A stretch of DNA of 55,117 nucleotides, filler included, from Jimgerdemannia flammicorona (taxonomy: Eukaryota): NCBI GenBank assembly GCA_003990765.1. It is 2 parts of 2 records of this genome, joined end to end, with 100 filler letters (N's around TTAATTAATTAA, not from the genome) between each part and the next. Parts side by side here need not be neighbours in the genome. Positions count along the whole stretch, not along the records: positions 1 to 27,518 come from RBNJ01000624.1; positions 27,619 to 55,117 come from RBNJ01000625.1. The stretch is one strand, 5' to 3'. The notes below the pieces were generated by a model, which saw nothing but the letters and a program-made list of their open reading frames with translations, had not been told where the DNA came from and did not search any database. This document shows positions 25,489 to 37,789 of this stretch, in pieces; within the stretch, counting starts at the first letter, position 1, and every line of letters begins with the position of its first letter. A program made the translations under genes and the position numbers.

Positions 25489-27518
25489 TAGTGCTCCGAA
25501 TGAGTCAATTCGAATCAAATCTGGATTCGATTCATCACATGATGGTTTGATCCAAATCTCAAATCTGAAGCCATCCGAATCAACTCAGATTTAATCTGAA
25601 TCGCCCCATCCGAATTGCCCCATCCGAATCACCCATCTGAACCACCCCAATCTGAATCACTCAATCCGAATCACTCAATCCAAATCACCCCATATGAATC
25701 GCCCCATCCAAATCACCCATCTGAATCACCCATCCAAACCACCCCAATCCAAATCACTCAATTCGAATCACTCAATCCGAATCACTCAATCCGAATCACT
25801 CAATCTGAATCACTCAATTCGAATCCTCCAATTCGAATCCTCCAATTCGAATTCTTCAATCCAATTCCTCATCCAAATCCTTCAACTGAATCCTCTAATC
25901 CAAATCCTCCACATGACTCATATGCTGGACATGTCTACAACACAATACACACATATACATACACACACACACATACACATATACACATAAACATGCAAAC
26001 ACACATGTTGACAGATCAGTCTTCAACAGTTCACAGTACCAATGATGCTTCAAGTTAAACATCCCTGATAGTTCCACACCTTCCATGCAATCCTCGCTCC
26101 AAAATCTGGCAACATTGTGCTAAGATAGGAGATGACGTTGTTTGTAATTATTGCAGGTAAAAAATTAAGACACACCTATTGATACTTTGCTTTGACACAC
26201 ACATGATATTGTTTTGACACACACATGATATTGTTTCATCCACCCCCATGAACTGTACTAGCCAGAAGTTCAAAATACTTGGGGGTACGACTTCGAACAT
26301 GAATCGACACATAAAAGACAAGCACTCTGACAAAATCAAAAAGAACATAGAGACAAATAAAATCGACATCCAAGCTGTGGTGGGTACGTTTATCCGATTG
26401 CCTGACCATTTCTGTACCAACAACACCATTTAATCAAAAATATTTAGCTATACTCTTCAGCAGAATTTCGAAATCGGCTCATTTACTGGATTGTATGCAC
26501 AGATCAGCCATTCACAACTATCAAGAGTGATCAATTGCATAGCATCTTTGGCCTCCTCAAGTATGATTTATATTTGCCAAGTACCGATACTATTCACAAA
26601 GATGTCCTGGAGGCCTATAGGAAGGAGCACGACAATCTCCACCAGACACTTCAGGTAAAATAAGGGCAGTACTGTGACCTTTACAAGCTGAATTATATAA
26701 AAGAGCTCACCAATTTAACCTCACATTCAATAAGCAGAATTCAGCAGGCAAAATTTCGTTTATGATCAACACATAGACATCCCCCAATGCAATTTCATTT
26801 CTGGGCATTACTAGTCATTGGATTGACCTCGATTGGCAGCTTAAATCTCTCACCCTTGACTTCGTCAAACTTGCTGGCCCTCATTCTGGAGACAACATCA
26901 CAGATGCTTTTATTAGTTGTATCTGGGAGCTTGGGATCACTACCAAGGTAAAAAAGGGGGGCTTGCCATCAGGTCGGTGTTTTGAGAGAGGTCCTAAACC
27001 AAACCAAACCAGATTTTATTGGTTACTTATTTTCACATAAATTTGTCAACCAAATATTTCAAGTACAGATTTTGGCCATTACGATGGACAATGCCACAAA
27101 TAACTCAACATTTTTCCAAGTTTTAGTGACCAGCCTCAAACAGGAAAATTTGGCCTTCAGTCCAGAAAGCTGCCATGTACGATGCCAGGCCCACATACTG
27201 AACCTCGCTGTTCAGGACTATCTTATACATGTAGACAAAACATCCAAGAGAGGAGGGGCCCTGAGTATAATTTCCAAGCTGTGCAAACTGGTTGTGTCAG
27301 TCCAATCATCCCCACAATGACGAGACAAATTCACTGTGCAGTGTAGGGCAATCAGTTTAGCCCTGAAAGAGCTTATATTGGATGTCTGTATGTGTTGGAA
27401 CTCAACATTTGCAATGATCCAGCGCACACTGGAGTTTGCTGTAGTATGCATCCTTTTTTTCTTTGGTCAGCTGAAGCAACTGTATTGGATGATGGAAGAT
27501 TTATTTTTTAAAAAAAAA
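25489..27518 (+). mobile_element. hAT copy B, nested in the cargo gene of copy A; runs into the assembly gap
   Basis: TIR TAGTGCTCCGAATGAGTC at 25489 interrupts the cargo exon (...LVKIKKG). Contains BED finger, MDNATNN, RCQAHILNL, CWNST. Confidence 0.9.
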
Positions 27519-27618
27519 NNNNNNNNNNNNNNNNNNNNNNNNNNNNNNNNNNNNNNNNNNNNTTAATTAATTAANNNNNNNNNNNNNNNNNNNNNNNNNN
27601 NNNNNNNNNNNNNNNNNN
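27519..27618. other. Artificial 100-nt gap linker (N44-TTAATTAATTAA-N44)
   Basis: The 12-mer gives stops in all six frames and sits between two runs of 44 N. Confidence 0.95.
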
Positions 27619-28226
27619 TTTTTTTTTTTTTTTTTTTTTTTTATATAGTCACTTGGACTTCATCCTTTATTACACCCATCTATCCTATATAAATATAGTG
27701 GTCCTACCCTATCTGATCCCCCTATCTGTTACCCTTTCTCCTATCTGTGATAGCCATCTCTCCTCCCATCCTGACAATATCTAAAAAGCAGTCACCTATA
27801 TCAGAACTGTATTTACTGGGAAGCTCACCAAAGCCAGAGAGCTCCACTACAGATACTGAGGACCTATAGGTAACCTACACTAGACACTTGATGCCCAAGG
27901 TCAGCAAACTCCCTATATAGCTCATAATATACTGAGACAGTACCTTATTGGTAACAGTAAAAGGAAAAAGGCACTATATCAAAATAAATATACTTCAGAT
28001 ATAGCCAAAGGCACTAGAAACTATGAAAAAGTAGAGAAGATATCAATCTGACACTAATAAAGGGGCAACTCATCACCATTGTCTCCCTTCCACTACTCTG
28101 TAACAGATACAGCAAACCAACCTAAGATAGAGGGAGTAATAATTGTAAAAAGTAGACTTGGAAGATTATCTACTAAATCATTATAACTGGTAAGATAGTA
28201 AAAAAAAGGAGCTTGGTAGTGAGAGA
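27619..28226 (-). mobile_element. 3' end of a LINE (poly(A) tail and decayed C-terminal zinc finger), interrupted by the Gypsy 3 LTR
   Basis: Poly(T) then tatagtcacttggact...cctttattac matches the reverse complement of the 3' end of the LINE at 47147-47174. SCPF...HSF*C remnant. Confidence 0.65.
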
Positions 28227-28662
28227 TATAACAAAATTACATTTCAACATCACAAAAAGTGATGTCATCAGACTGATATTATCAGATTTATGTCACTAGC
28301 AAGGTTATATACTAGAAAAACTAAGAATATTAGTAAGATCATAATGATTTTACACTAATTTTAGCTCTCTTCAGTCAGTGACATCATAGTAGTCACACTA
28401 GTCTCTAGTGCTCCAAATGAATGGAGTTGATCTGGATGAGATTTGATTCAGATTCATCATGTAATGGATTCAAATCAACTCAGATTGGTCTCGTGATCTG
28501 ATCTGGATTGATCCATCCAGATTGAAATCTTTGGTGACGTCATCCTTTCTTTTATTCATTTCACTCTTGTTTTTTTTTTTCTGTCACACTTTGGTGACAT
28601 CACCCTTTCCTTTGTTCCCTCTCTTTTCTTTGTTCTTTTTCTTTGTTCTTTCCTGCCACATC

Positions 28663-30764
28663 ATGAGCAAACAAAGCAGCAGCCCTTAATTTGTACGTTG
28701 GTCCAGTCTACTCATTTTTCACCCTGCAATGATCATCAAAAGAGGGGTATTCGAGGTGGAAATGTACTCTCTGTTGATAATGTTAGATTCTTTCTCATAT
28801 AGACAGCACACAAACTGCTCATCAAGAGCCAAAGGGGCGATGGTGGTGGTGGTGGCGATGGCAATGGCGGGGATGAGGGAGAATTCCAGCAACAACTCAT
28901 AGTGGCCCTTTGGACCTCAGAATTCACAGACCTCACAGCTATGTACATGGCATCCTTTTTAGAGTAGCTGATAGTAGATGTAGATTGCTCACTTGGCTGC
29001 CACTTGTTTACTTATGTTTATTTAAACTTCTCCAGCATGACTCAATTTACCTTATGCTTTTCTTAGAGTCCACAGCTCTATGGCAAGATCTGCCAACTTT
29101 ATTCGCAACATCTGGTCAAGATGAAGAAAGGCTGGTGGACGTTGTGGGGCATGCCTTTGGTGGCTGAGCTGTTGAGTCAATGCATCACGTGGCAGAGGTC
29201 TCAAAAGGAACAGAAGCAAGCCTTCATAAGCTATTCTTGTGCAACTTATGCAACTCGTCGGTGTGCAACTCGTCGGCATGCAGCTCACTCACTCATGCTC
29301 TTTTTCTGAAATACCCATCTCTGTGTTTTATTTAATTTCATTTTTACATAGTCTCCCCCTAAAAAACACCTATACCTACATGCAACCTGCATGCAATCCA
29401 TCTGCACACAACCTGCCTGCATACAACCTGCCCACACGCAACTCGCCCGCAACCTGCCCACATACAACCTGCCTGCACACAACCCGTCTGCATACTTATC
29501 TTGGTCTCTCAGATCAGGGCTCAGTTCTATTGGAAAGGAGAGTTCAAAGTTACCTGAATTCAACCACATCCAGCATCTGATCAAATAGAGAAATTCAAGG
29601 GCAAGATGTTCAGCATGAGCAGTACCAGTATTGTCATCAAGGCTTGGGGGTCTACATTCGAATCAGAGCCAATCGTACTCGACCAAGGGGTCTATTGGCC
29701 AGCAGGAGTAACTAATGATGAAGAGAACCATATCTTTATTAACGAATGTAGAGAGGTGGTTGCGATGGTGGTAAGGAACCTCTACAGTGACAAGCTTCAC
29801 CATCATATTAACGAGATTTGTGAGGATTGCATCAAATACTGGGTGGCAGGAAAGAGGGGGCGAAAAAAGCAAGGAGGAGGGGTTTGGACGGGAATTGGGT
29901 ATACTGCAATACTAGCGAAGGGTGGGTTCTGGAGTTCTGAAATCCCCCACACTCATCTCCTTTTTTTTTTTTAACCCCTCCCCAGATAAATCACACTCTT
30001 CACCAATATACTCTTTTTGATATAATTCCAGGGATGCACAAGATTCTATACCCCTACCAGAACTTTAGAAGTATCATTGAAGAGCAAACTGCGTACAAGT
30101 ATGATATGGCCTGTGCGGCGATGGCAGCTATGATCTGAGGTTCTTTGAGCAGATTGGTAGAGCGTATGGCAGGCCAGCTTGGTGGTGATCTCAGTGCAGC
30201 TGTACATACATTCTTGGTACAATTTAGTATGCCATATGAGGTGAGGAGCTCCGCTTTTTTGGGGTACTGTAGCCCAGGGGGTTTCTGTGGCCCAGGGGGT
30301 TTCTGCCCCTCTGAACGCAAAAAGGACTAACTAGTTACCATCCATTTTGGTAGGTTTCCAAGCCAGGGCTCCCAGGGCTGGACCAAGGGCAGACATCCAC
30401 CAGTACAGCCTGACAGTATGAGGTCCTGGGCCAAGGGTTCACCCAACCATATACTCACATCACATCAGGATATATCAGGTGCAATCTTTCTCTGCCCACA
30501 CATACAGACAACAATATCACCCCAGTAATGTTTTATATTCCAGAAAGGAAGGGCCCAACCTGGGAGGATAGCGGCAGAGTCTGGTATGACCTCACTTATG
30601 GTTTTAGGGTCCTGTTTGCAGCCAACACGGCCATCCTATTCCAACCACATGACCACCATGGCACTGTTACCTTCAAGGAGAGCTCGGACACAATAGTCAT
30701 CACACTCACAATGGACGATAGGCTCATCAAGACCTGGGACTGGCGGGTGGAGCAGTTTTTGTGA
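28663..30764 (+). pseudogene. hAT cargo gene copy C: spliced TET/JBP-like Fe(II)/2OG dioxygenase
   Basis: Phase-consistent exons ~29590-29921, 30032-30240 and 30354-30764 (GTGGGT..CCAG; GTGAGG..GACTAAC..TAG). HTD at 30501-30509, HHGT at 30654-30665. The 5' exons are less certain. Confidence 0.72.
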
Positions 30765-30974
30765 GGGTTAGGCAATCTTTCATGAGGGTTAGGTAGCCAT
30801 CTTGTGCAGGTTGGGCAGTCTTATGTAGGGAGATTGGGCCAGGCACCTCTTATGTAGTACTAGCTTAGCCATTATATAGGGCCCTATCAGTCTCTTGGCC
30901 TTGCTCTGTAGTGCTGCTGGTGCGGCGCTGCAGTGTAGGGCCGGGGTGCCTGTGGGACTCAAACCAGCGACTTC

Positions 30975-31500
30975 AACTGCCGGAAATGCCCTCCAATCAC
31001 CAGAAGCACCCTCTGACTGCCAGAAGCACCCTCCACCCCAGACTCCTTGGCAGCTTGGGGCTGCCCCTATGCCACTGGCAGAGGGCCGCAAATTTTGCAC
31101 ACTCCCTCTGTCTGCCCTGCCCATTCCAGACACTTGTGGCTTGGGACATCCCCTTGCTGCCGGCAGAGAGCCACAAATTTTTGCATGCTCTCTCCGCCGA
31201 CCCCATGCCCGCCAACTGACCCTGCCCACTGACCCAGATACTGACAGCTTGAGGCTGCCCCTCGCTGCTGGCGGAGGGCCACAAATTTTGCATGCTCCCT
31301 CTGCCTACCCCCTGATCCGGACACTTGCGGCTTGGGGCTGCTCCTTGCTGTTGGTGGAGGGCCGCAAATTTTACATGCTCCCTCTACTGACCTGCCCACT
31401 GCCCACCAACCTGGGCACTAGCAGCTTAGAGCTGCCCCTTGCTGCTAGCTGAGGGCTGTAAATATTGTACACTCCCTCTGCCGCCAACCCTGCCCCACTT
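30975..31500. repeat. Internal tandem repeats of hAT copy C between the convergent genes
   Basis: Reverse complement of the arrays in copy A (gagggccgcaaattttgcatgctccctctg about 5 times). Confidence 0.8.
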
Positions 31501-31610
31501 TGGCCGCAAACTCCAGGCTGAGTCCTCAGGTTTTTTTTTCCTTTTTATTATTTTGAAAGGTATTAAATATTCCACAAGGCCAACCAACTTATCTGCAGAC
31601 CTGCCAAATT

Positions 31611-32675
31611 TTAGCGGCCCAAGCCCCATCAAGACTTCAGACACATATATATCCGGATTGTCTCAGTATTTAGCATACACCTCTTTGGAGCAATGAGGTC
31701 CACCCCACCTGAGAACATCCACTCAACAGGAGCACTAGAGGCAGGAATCGCCAGGTAGTCCCAAGCCATACCACACAGGCTGGGGAAGTCTGTTTGATGC
31801 AGCTGCATGCCCTGGTGGGTAGAGCAGTAGTTAGATTGGTGGGTTAAATTGGCCCAACACCTGCCTGATAACCCACCTTCCACTAGTTGAGTACCTCTGT
31901 GCCCTCCAGCAGGACCATGTGGTCACTGGTGAGATAAATAGTAAGTTCGTCTATTGATGGCAGCTCTTCCACTGACAGCTCTCTCTTCCTCTTTCTGCTG
32001 AAGTAAATGTGGGACAGGAGGGATCTCTCAGCATATTCGTCCAGACTTTGGCCAGAACCTTGCAGCAGTGCATAGTTTTTCCGGTACACTTCAATTACAG
32101 TCTGCTTGGTTCTCTCAATAAAGTGCTGCTCCCAGCCCTGATCTTTATGGTATTGTAGCTTTAAGTATGGGTCCAGCACTGTTCAAAGAAAAGGAGAGTG
32201 AGTTTTTGTGGGGTTTCCTCTGTTTTGAAAGGGGCAACAGCCACACGCTGACATCAACATACCTGTACTGATTGAGTATATGGCAGTATCTGTTTGGGAG
32301 TAGTATTTTCTAAGCTTGCTTAAAGCAACCTCTATGGCATCTCTCTGATCCAGGCTTAACCATAAATCACCACAACCCTCCAGCCTGTCCTCGAGCTTAT
32401 CCTCTAGCTGGTTAATCAGAAGGTTGTATACTGGTATTGCAGAGCTTATTGTTGAGGTCGTTTGTTTGACTATATCCTTCATACAATTGTCAAAACACTA
32501 GTAGTTATATGTGGTGAGGTATTGTATTATGCAGAGGTAGACAAAACAAGTGTGGAGCCAGAGCAATCACCACTTACTTCCAAAACTCTGACAATATTCC
32601 TAAGTATGTCCCACTCACTTTCACCTAGAGCCTCAGCCCATATTTCCTTGTTGGCAGCCATCGTTGAATCTATTG

Positions 32676-32709
<34 letters not shown>

Positions 32710-34201
32710 AATCTTCCATTATCTGAAACAGTTGCTTCAGCCAACTGAAGAAAAAAAGGATGCATACCACAGCAAACTCCAGTGCATGCTGGATCATTGC
32801 AAATGTTAAGTTCTAATGCATACAGATGTCCAATATAAGCTCTTTTGGGGCTAAACTGATTGCTCTATACTGCACAGCAAATTTGTCTCATTGTTGTAGA
32901 GATGATCGGACCAACATAACCAGTTTGCATAGCTTGGAAATTATACTCAGGGCCTCTCCTCTCTCAGATGTTTTGTCTATATATATAAGATAGTCCTGAA
33001 CAGCGAGGTTCAGTACGTGGGCCTGGCATCATACATGGCAGCTTTCTGCACTGAAGGCCACGTTTTCCTGTTTGAGGCTGACTGCTAAACCTTGGAAAAA
33101 TGTTGAGTTATTTGTGGCATTGTCTATCATAATGGCCAAAATCTGTACTTGAAATATTTGGTTGATAATTTTATATGAAAATAAGTAACCAATAAAATCT
33201 GATTTGATTTAGGACCTCTCTCAAAACACCAACCTGACAGCAAGCCCCCCTTTTTTATCTTGGTAGTGATCCCAAGCTCCTGAATATAACTAATAAAAGC
33301 ATCTGCGATGTTGTCTCCAGAATAAGGGTTAGCAAGTTTGACGAAGTCAAGGGTGAGAGATTTAAGCTGCCAATCAAGGTCAATCCAATGACTGGTAATG
33401 CCCAGAAATGAAATTGCATTGGGGGATGTCCATGTGTTGATCATAAATAAAATTTTGCCTGCTGAATTCTGCTTATTGAATGTGAGATTAAATTGGTGAG
33501 CTCTTTTATATAATTCAGCTTGCAAAGGTCATGGTGCTGCCCTTATTTTACCTGAAGTGTCTGGCGGAGATTGTCATGCTCCTTCCTATAGGCCTCCAGG
33601 ATATCTTTGCGAATAGTATCAGCACTTGGCAAATATAAATCATGCTTGAGGAGGCCAAAGATACTATGTAATTGATCACTCTCAATGGTTGTAAATGGCT
33701 GGTCTGTGTACACAATCCAGTGAATGAGCCGATTTCGAAATTCTGCCAAAGAGTATGACTAAATATTTTTGATTAAATGGCATTATTGGTACAGAAATGG
33801 TCAGGCAATCAGATAAATGTACCCACTACAACTTGGATGTCAATTTTATTTGTCTCTGTGTTCTTTTTGATTTTGTCAGAGTGCTTGTCTTTTATGTATC
33901 GATTCATGTTTAAAGTTATACCCCCAAGCATTTTGAACTTCTAGCTGGTGCAGTTCATGGGAGTGGATGAAACAATATCATATGTATGTCAAAACAATAT
34001 CATGTGTATGTCAAAACAAAGTATCAATAGGTGCATCTTAATTTTTTACCTACAATAATTACAAACAATATTATCTCCTATCTTAGCACAATGTTGTCAG
34101 ATTTCGGAGCAAAGATTGCATAGAAGGTGTGGAACTATCAGGAATGTTTGACTTGAAGCATCATTGGTACTGTGAACTGTTGAAGACTGATCTATCAACA
34201 T
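31611..34201 (-). pseudogene. hAT transposase, multi-exon, copy C
   Basis: ORF-track pieces: AEFRNRLIHWIV..DQPFTTIES, WTSPNAISFLGITSHWID, LRKYYSQTD, LDPYLKLQY, DYLAIPASSAPVEWMFSGG. Confidence 0.9.
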
Positions 34202-34299
34202 GTGTGTTTGCATGTTTGCATATGCATGTGTATGCATGTATGTATATGCATGTATGTGTGTTATGTTGTGGACATATCCAGCATATGAGTTATGTGGAG

Positions 34300-34692
34300 G
34301 ATTCGGATTGAAGGATTCAAATTGGAGGATTCGAATTGGAGGATTCAAATTGGAGGATTCGAATTGAAGGATTCAAATTGAGTGATTCAGATTGAGTGAT
34401 TCAGATTGAGTGATTCGAATTGAGTGATTCAGATTGGGATAGTTCAGATGGGTGATTCAGATGGGTGATTCAGATGGGGCAATTCAGATGGGGCAATTCG
34501 GATTGAGTGATTCAGATTGAGTGATTCAGATTAGGGTGATTCAGATAGGTGATTCAGATGGAGTGATTCAGATGGAGCGATTCAGATTAAATTCAAGTTG
34601 ATTCAGATGGCTTTGGATTTGAGATTCAAATCAAACTGTCATGTGACGAATCAAATCTGGATTTGATTCAAATTGACTCATTCGGAGCACTA
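34300..34692 (-). repeat. hAT subterminal repeat array (~14-bp CCGAATCACTCAAT / CCGAATCACCCAT units); also at 19940-20215, 25590-25910, 54100-54445
   Basis: Seen directly next to the TIR in all four copies. Confidence 0.85.
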
Positions 34693-37600
34693 CTAGTCTC
34701 TGTACTAGTTTAGTATGAATATGCCTCAGAAATAGACTAAAGATGCTAAAAATAACATGGGACTAAATTAGTCTTCAGTTACATTGATATTATAAACTAA
34801 AATAGTCTATAATATTATAGAAACTAGAATATATTGAAATTAGTCACTAATATCATCAGCCCTCTGATGTTAGGAGCTAGTAAGATCTTTAAGACCAGTG
34901 ACTTCATGGGCTAAACTAGATCATAATAAGCTATGAAATCATAGTTGTCATATACTAAAATAGTTTGCTTGATAAATAAACCATAAGATCAGAACTAGAC
35001 TCTAATGAGTTTAGTATTATATTATCTGAATTTGAGACTCTGAGAGAAGTCTTATCTCTTTTTAGAGAAGTCTATTACTATTATATGATATAATGAAACA
35101 CTACATCATAAGTCTCAGTCAAAATCTAGAACAATTATCTCATAACTAGCATATGAAAATGACATTATTAAATAGTATTATTATAACTTTATAATAATAC
35201 TGATATAACTTTTATATATTATTTCTAGTAACTTTCTGTCTTATATCTTCTAGCAAATAGTTAGTCAATATATAAATTCTTTAAAAATATATAAATACCT
35301 CCAAGTAAGCAACTCAATAAAATATAAGAATATTCAGAATATTTACAGAAATATTTATAGAACAATTAAGACTTAAAAAGTCTATAATATATAGATAAGT
35401 CTCTGAATAACTTAAACTAAAAAAGACTATATCTAAAAATAGATGTTCTGAACTCTATAAATACTGAACTCTGAAGAATCTAAATATAATTCTCAGAACT
35501 AGACTATATCTAAAAAGAGTATACTAAAAGACTTAGACTTTAAAGAATTAAAGTCTATAATTATCAAATTGTTATCTAAGTCTATCAGAAGGAGACTAGA
35601 TTAATTAGAAGTATAATAGACAGTATTTAGATATTAAGACAGCTGCTTCCTCAAGCTATAGATACTTGATATAAGTGCCTTGAAGTTATTAATATCAAGA
35701 ATTATTAACTTAAAGGATATGTATAACTATTAATAATAGTAAAAATATACTATTATAATTAGTAGCAGTAGAATCTATAAGCCAATCTGGTATAAGATAA
35801 ATAAAGAATTGTTAAACAGCCCACTAGCTATTACTGAACAAATTCTTTAGGAAGTGACTAGATACATACTCTGAACTCTCAAATAAGAGAAAAACAGAAT
35901 ATAAAGACTATTATTAACTAAGAAAGCGAATATAAAGAACAACAATAAGAACTTATTGAACATTTTGCTTAAAATTTATATTCAGAATTCTGTGAACTAT
36001 ATCCAGTATTAAGAAGAGATACAGACCTTCAGAAAAAGTTTTACAGATATATAAGATAACATATATATAGAGCAGAAATACCTGAATCAGTTGCTTAAGT
36101 AATAAAATAATTTCTTAAATTAATTTCTATTGAAATAAAACCTACTGTTCTTCAGTAGATTAATTCATCTTATTATTACTCTACTAAAAGAAATAGTCAT
36201 CTTTACTTCAGTTATCTAAGTCATAAGACTATCTATATATAAGAACTATAAAGACTAGAAACTCTTAAAATAACTACTCAGGAAATTCAATATAAAGAAC
36301 ATATAATCTATTTTGATACCCAACAAGAACCAGACACCTCTTCTATACTTAGTTCAGAAAAAGACTAAACAGAATATTTATCTACTAGATAATAGACATC
36401 AGTAGGAAGACAACCTCTAGAATTAACAAGTCTAGAACCTAGTGCAAATTTATTAGAAGCTAGGGAATTACTTAAAACCCTTGCCTCAGAAATTTATATA
36501 TCTTCATACTCAGTACCTATTTCTTACTTAGAACCAGAACCTAAACTAGAAGATATATATTCAGATTCTAAATATGAACTATAATAGAAGACCTTTCTGA
36601 AACAGAAAGCTTACCAGATATATTATCTAAAGAAAAGGAGAAAGCAATAGACCTCTTAGAAGATGAAGACCTTGAAAGACTTTTTGAAGAAATCTCTGAA
36701 GACTTAGATAAACCTTTTAGAGGACTAGGGTTTATATCTGAATCAATAACTCTAATAATGACTACTGATGCATTAACAAAATAACTAGCAGTATATAGGA
36801 CAAATAGCAATTATGAATTAACTAGCTAAAGTACTATCAATTTCTACTTTTGGAGGAATATCTACAGATCTATCAGTATTTATAAGTATAGTAGATAATA
36901 GATACAAGTGCAACAGTTGGAATGATCAAAGAAACCCAGACTCTATCTTAGTAAAGAATATATTATATACTGCAGAGAAAGTCTTTGCAAAAGCCCAAGC
37001 TCAAACTACTAAAGTAGCTACATATTTTTAAGATTCAGCTATTCTCTGATATCATAACTTAAATCCTAAACTCCTTACTTAGGAAGATAGAATTGGAGTA
37101 ACTAAACAAGATACAACAAGATACTACAAGAGACCAACTAGGATATCTACAAATCTCTAAAGTAAGAGAACTTAAATATTTCCTAAAAAGTTATTTTTTA
37201 AGTCCTTTACTTCTTACAGACATAAGAGTATAATTAGAAGTCATGAAATAGGATGAATAAAGCAAAGAAAATCTAGAAGTCTTTGTAGCAAGAATAGAAG
37301 CCTCCTTGAATATATTAGAACTTTCTTATAATTCTGATAATAATATCTCTAATAGAACTAGAGCAAATTACTTTTTCCAAAGTATTTCTCTATAGTTATC
37401 CAGAAAAATTAAGGAAATAGAAATCTTTATAGACTATCTTTATGATCAATGGTACTTCAGATAAGCAGTATCTAGAGTAAGAATAGTCTTAGCAATATCT
37501 GCTACTATCAAATATAGATAATAGAATAATATAAGAAACTCTGAGTAAGCTTCAAGTAAACTCTATCAAGACTCTAGAAAAAGAAATTAAAACAGAGAAA

Positions 37601-37789
37601 CTCCAATACTTAAAAAACTCACTTTTCAAAAACTTTCTCCAGAAGAAAGAGACAGACTCAGAAAAGAAGGCAAATGTTTTTACTATAAGAAAACAGAACA
37701 TATGTCTAATGTCTGTCTAGAGAAAAATAAAAACATTCCTTCAAGACCTTCAACTATCTCAGTCATTGACACTATTCCTAAGATAGAAG

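Larger units (their letters stand above)
28406..34692 (-). mobile_element. hAT copy C, complete (6287 bp), 15-bp TIRs, 8-bp TSD CTAGTCTC
   Basis: Left TAGTGCTCCAAATGA (28406), right TCATTCGGAGCACTA (ends 34692). CTAGTCTC at 28398-28405 and 34693-34700. Confidence 0.95.
28227..35757 (+). repeat. 5' LTR of Gypsy 3 (~1.24 kb net; 28227-28405 + 34701-35757)
   Basis: tataacaaaattac at 28227 matches tgtaatgaaattat at 48221. The sequences either side of the hAT are contiguous in the 3' LTR copy. Ends ttata (TTACA) before the PBS. Confidence 0.8.

Noticed and set aside
30789..31696. Many overlapping ORFs (also 22967-23556)
   Set aside because: Translations of GC-rich internal tandem repeats, open in several frames and without domain motifs.
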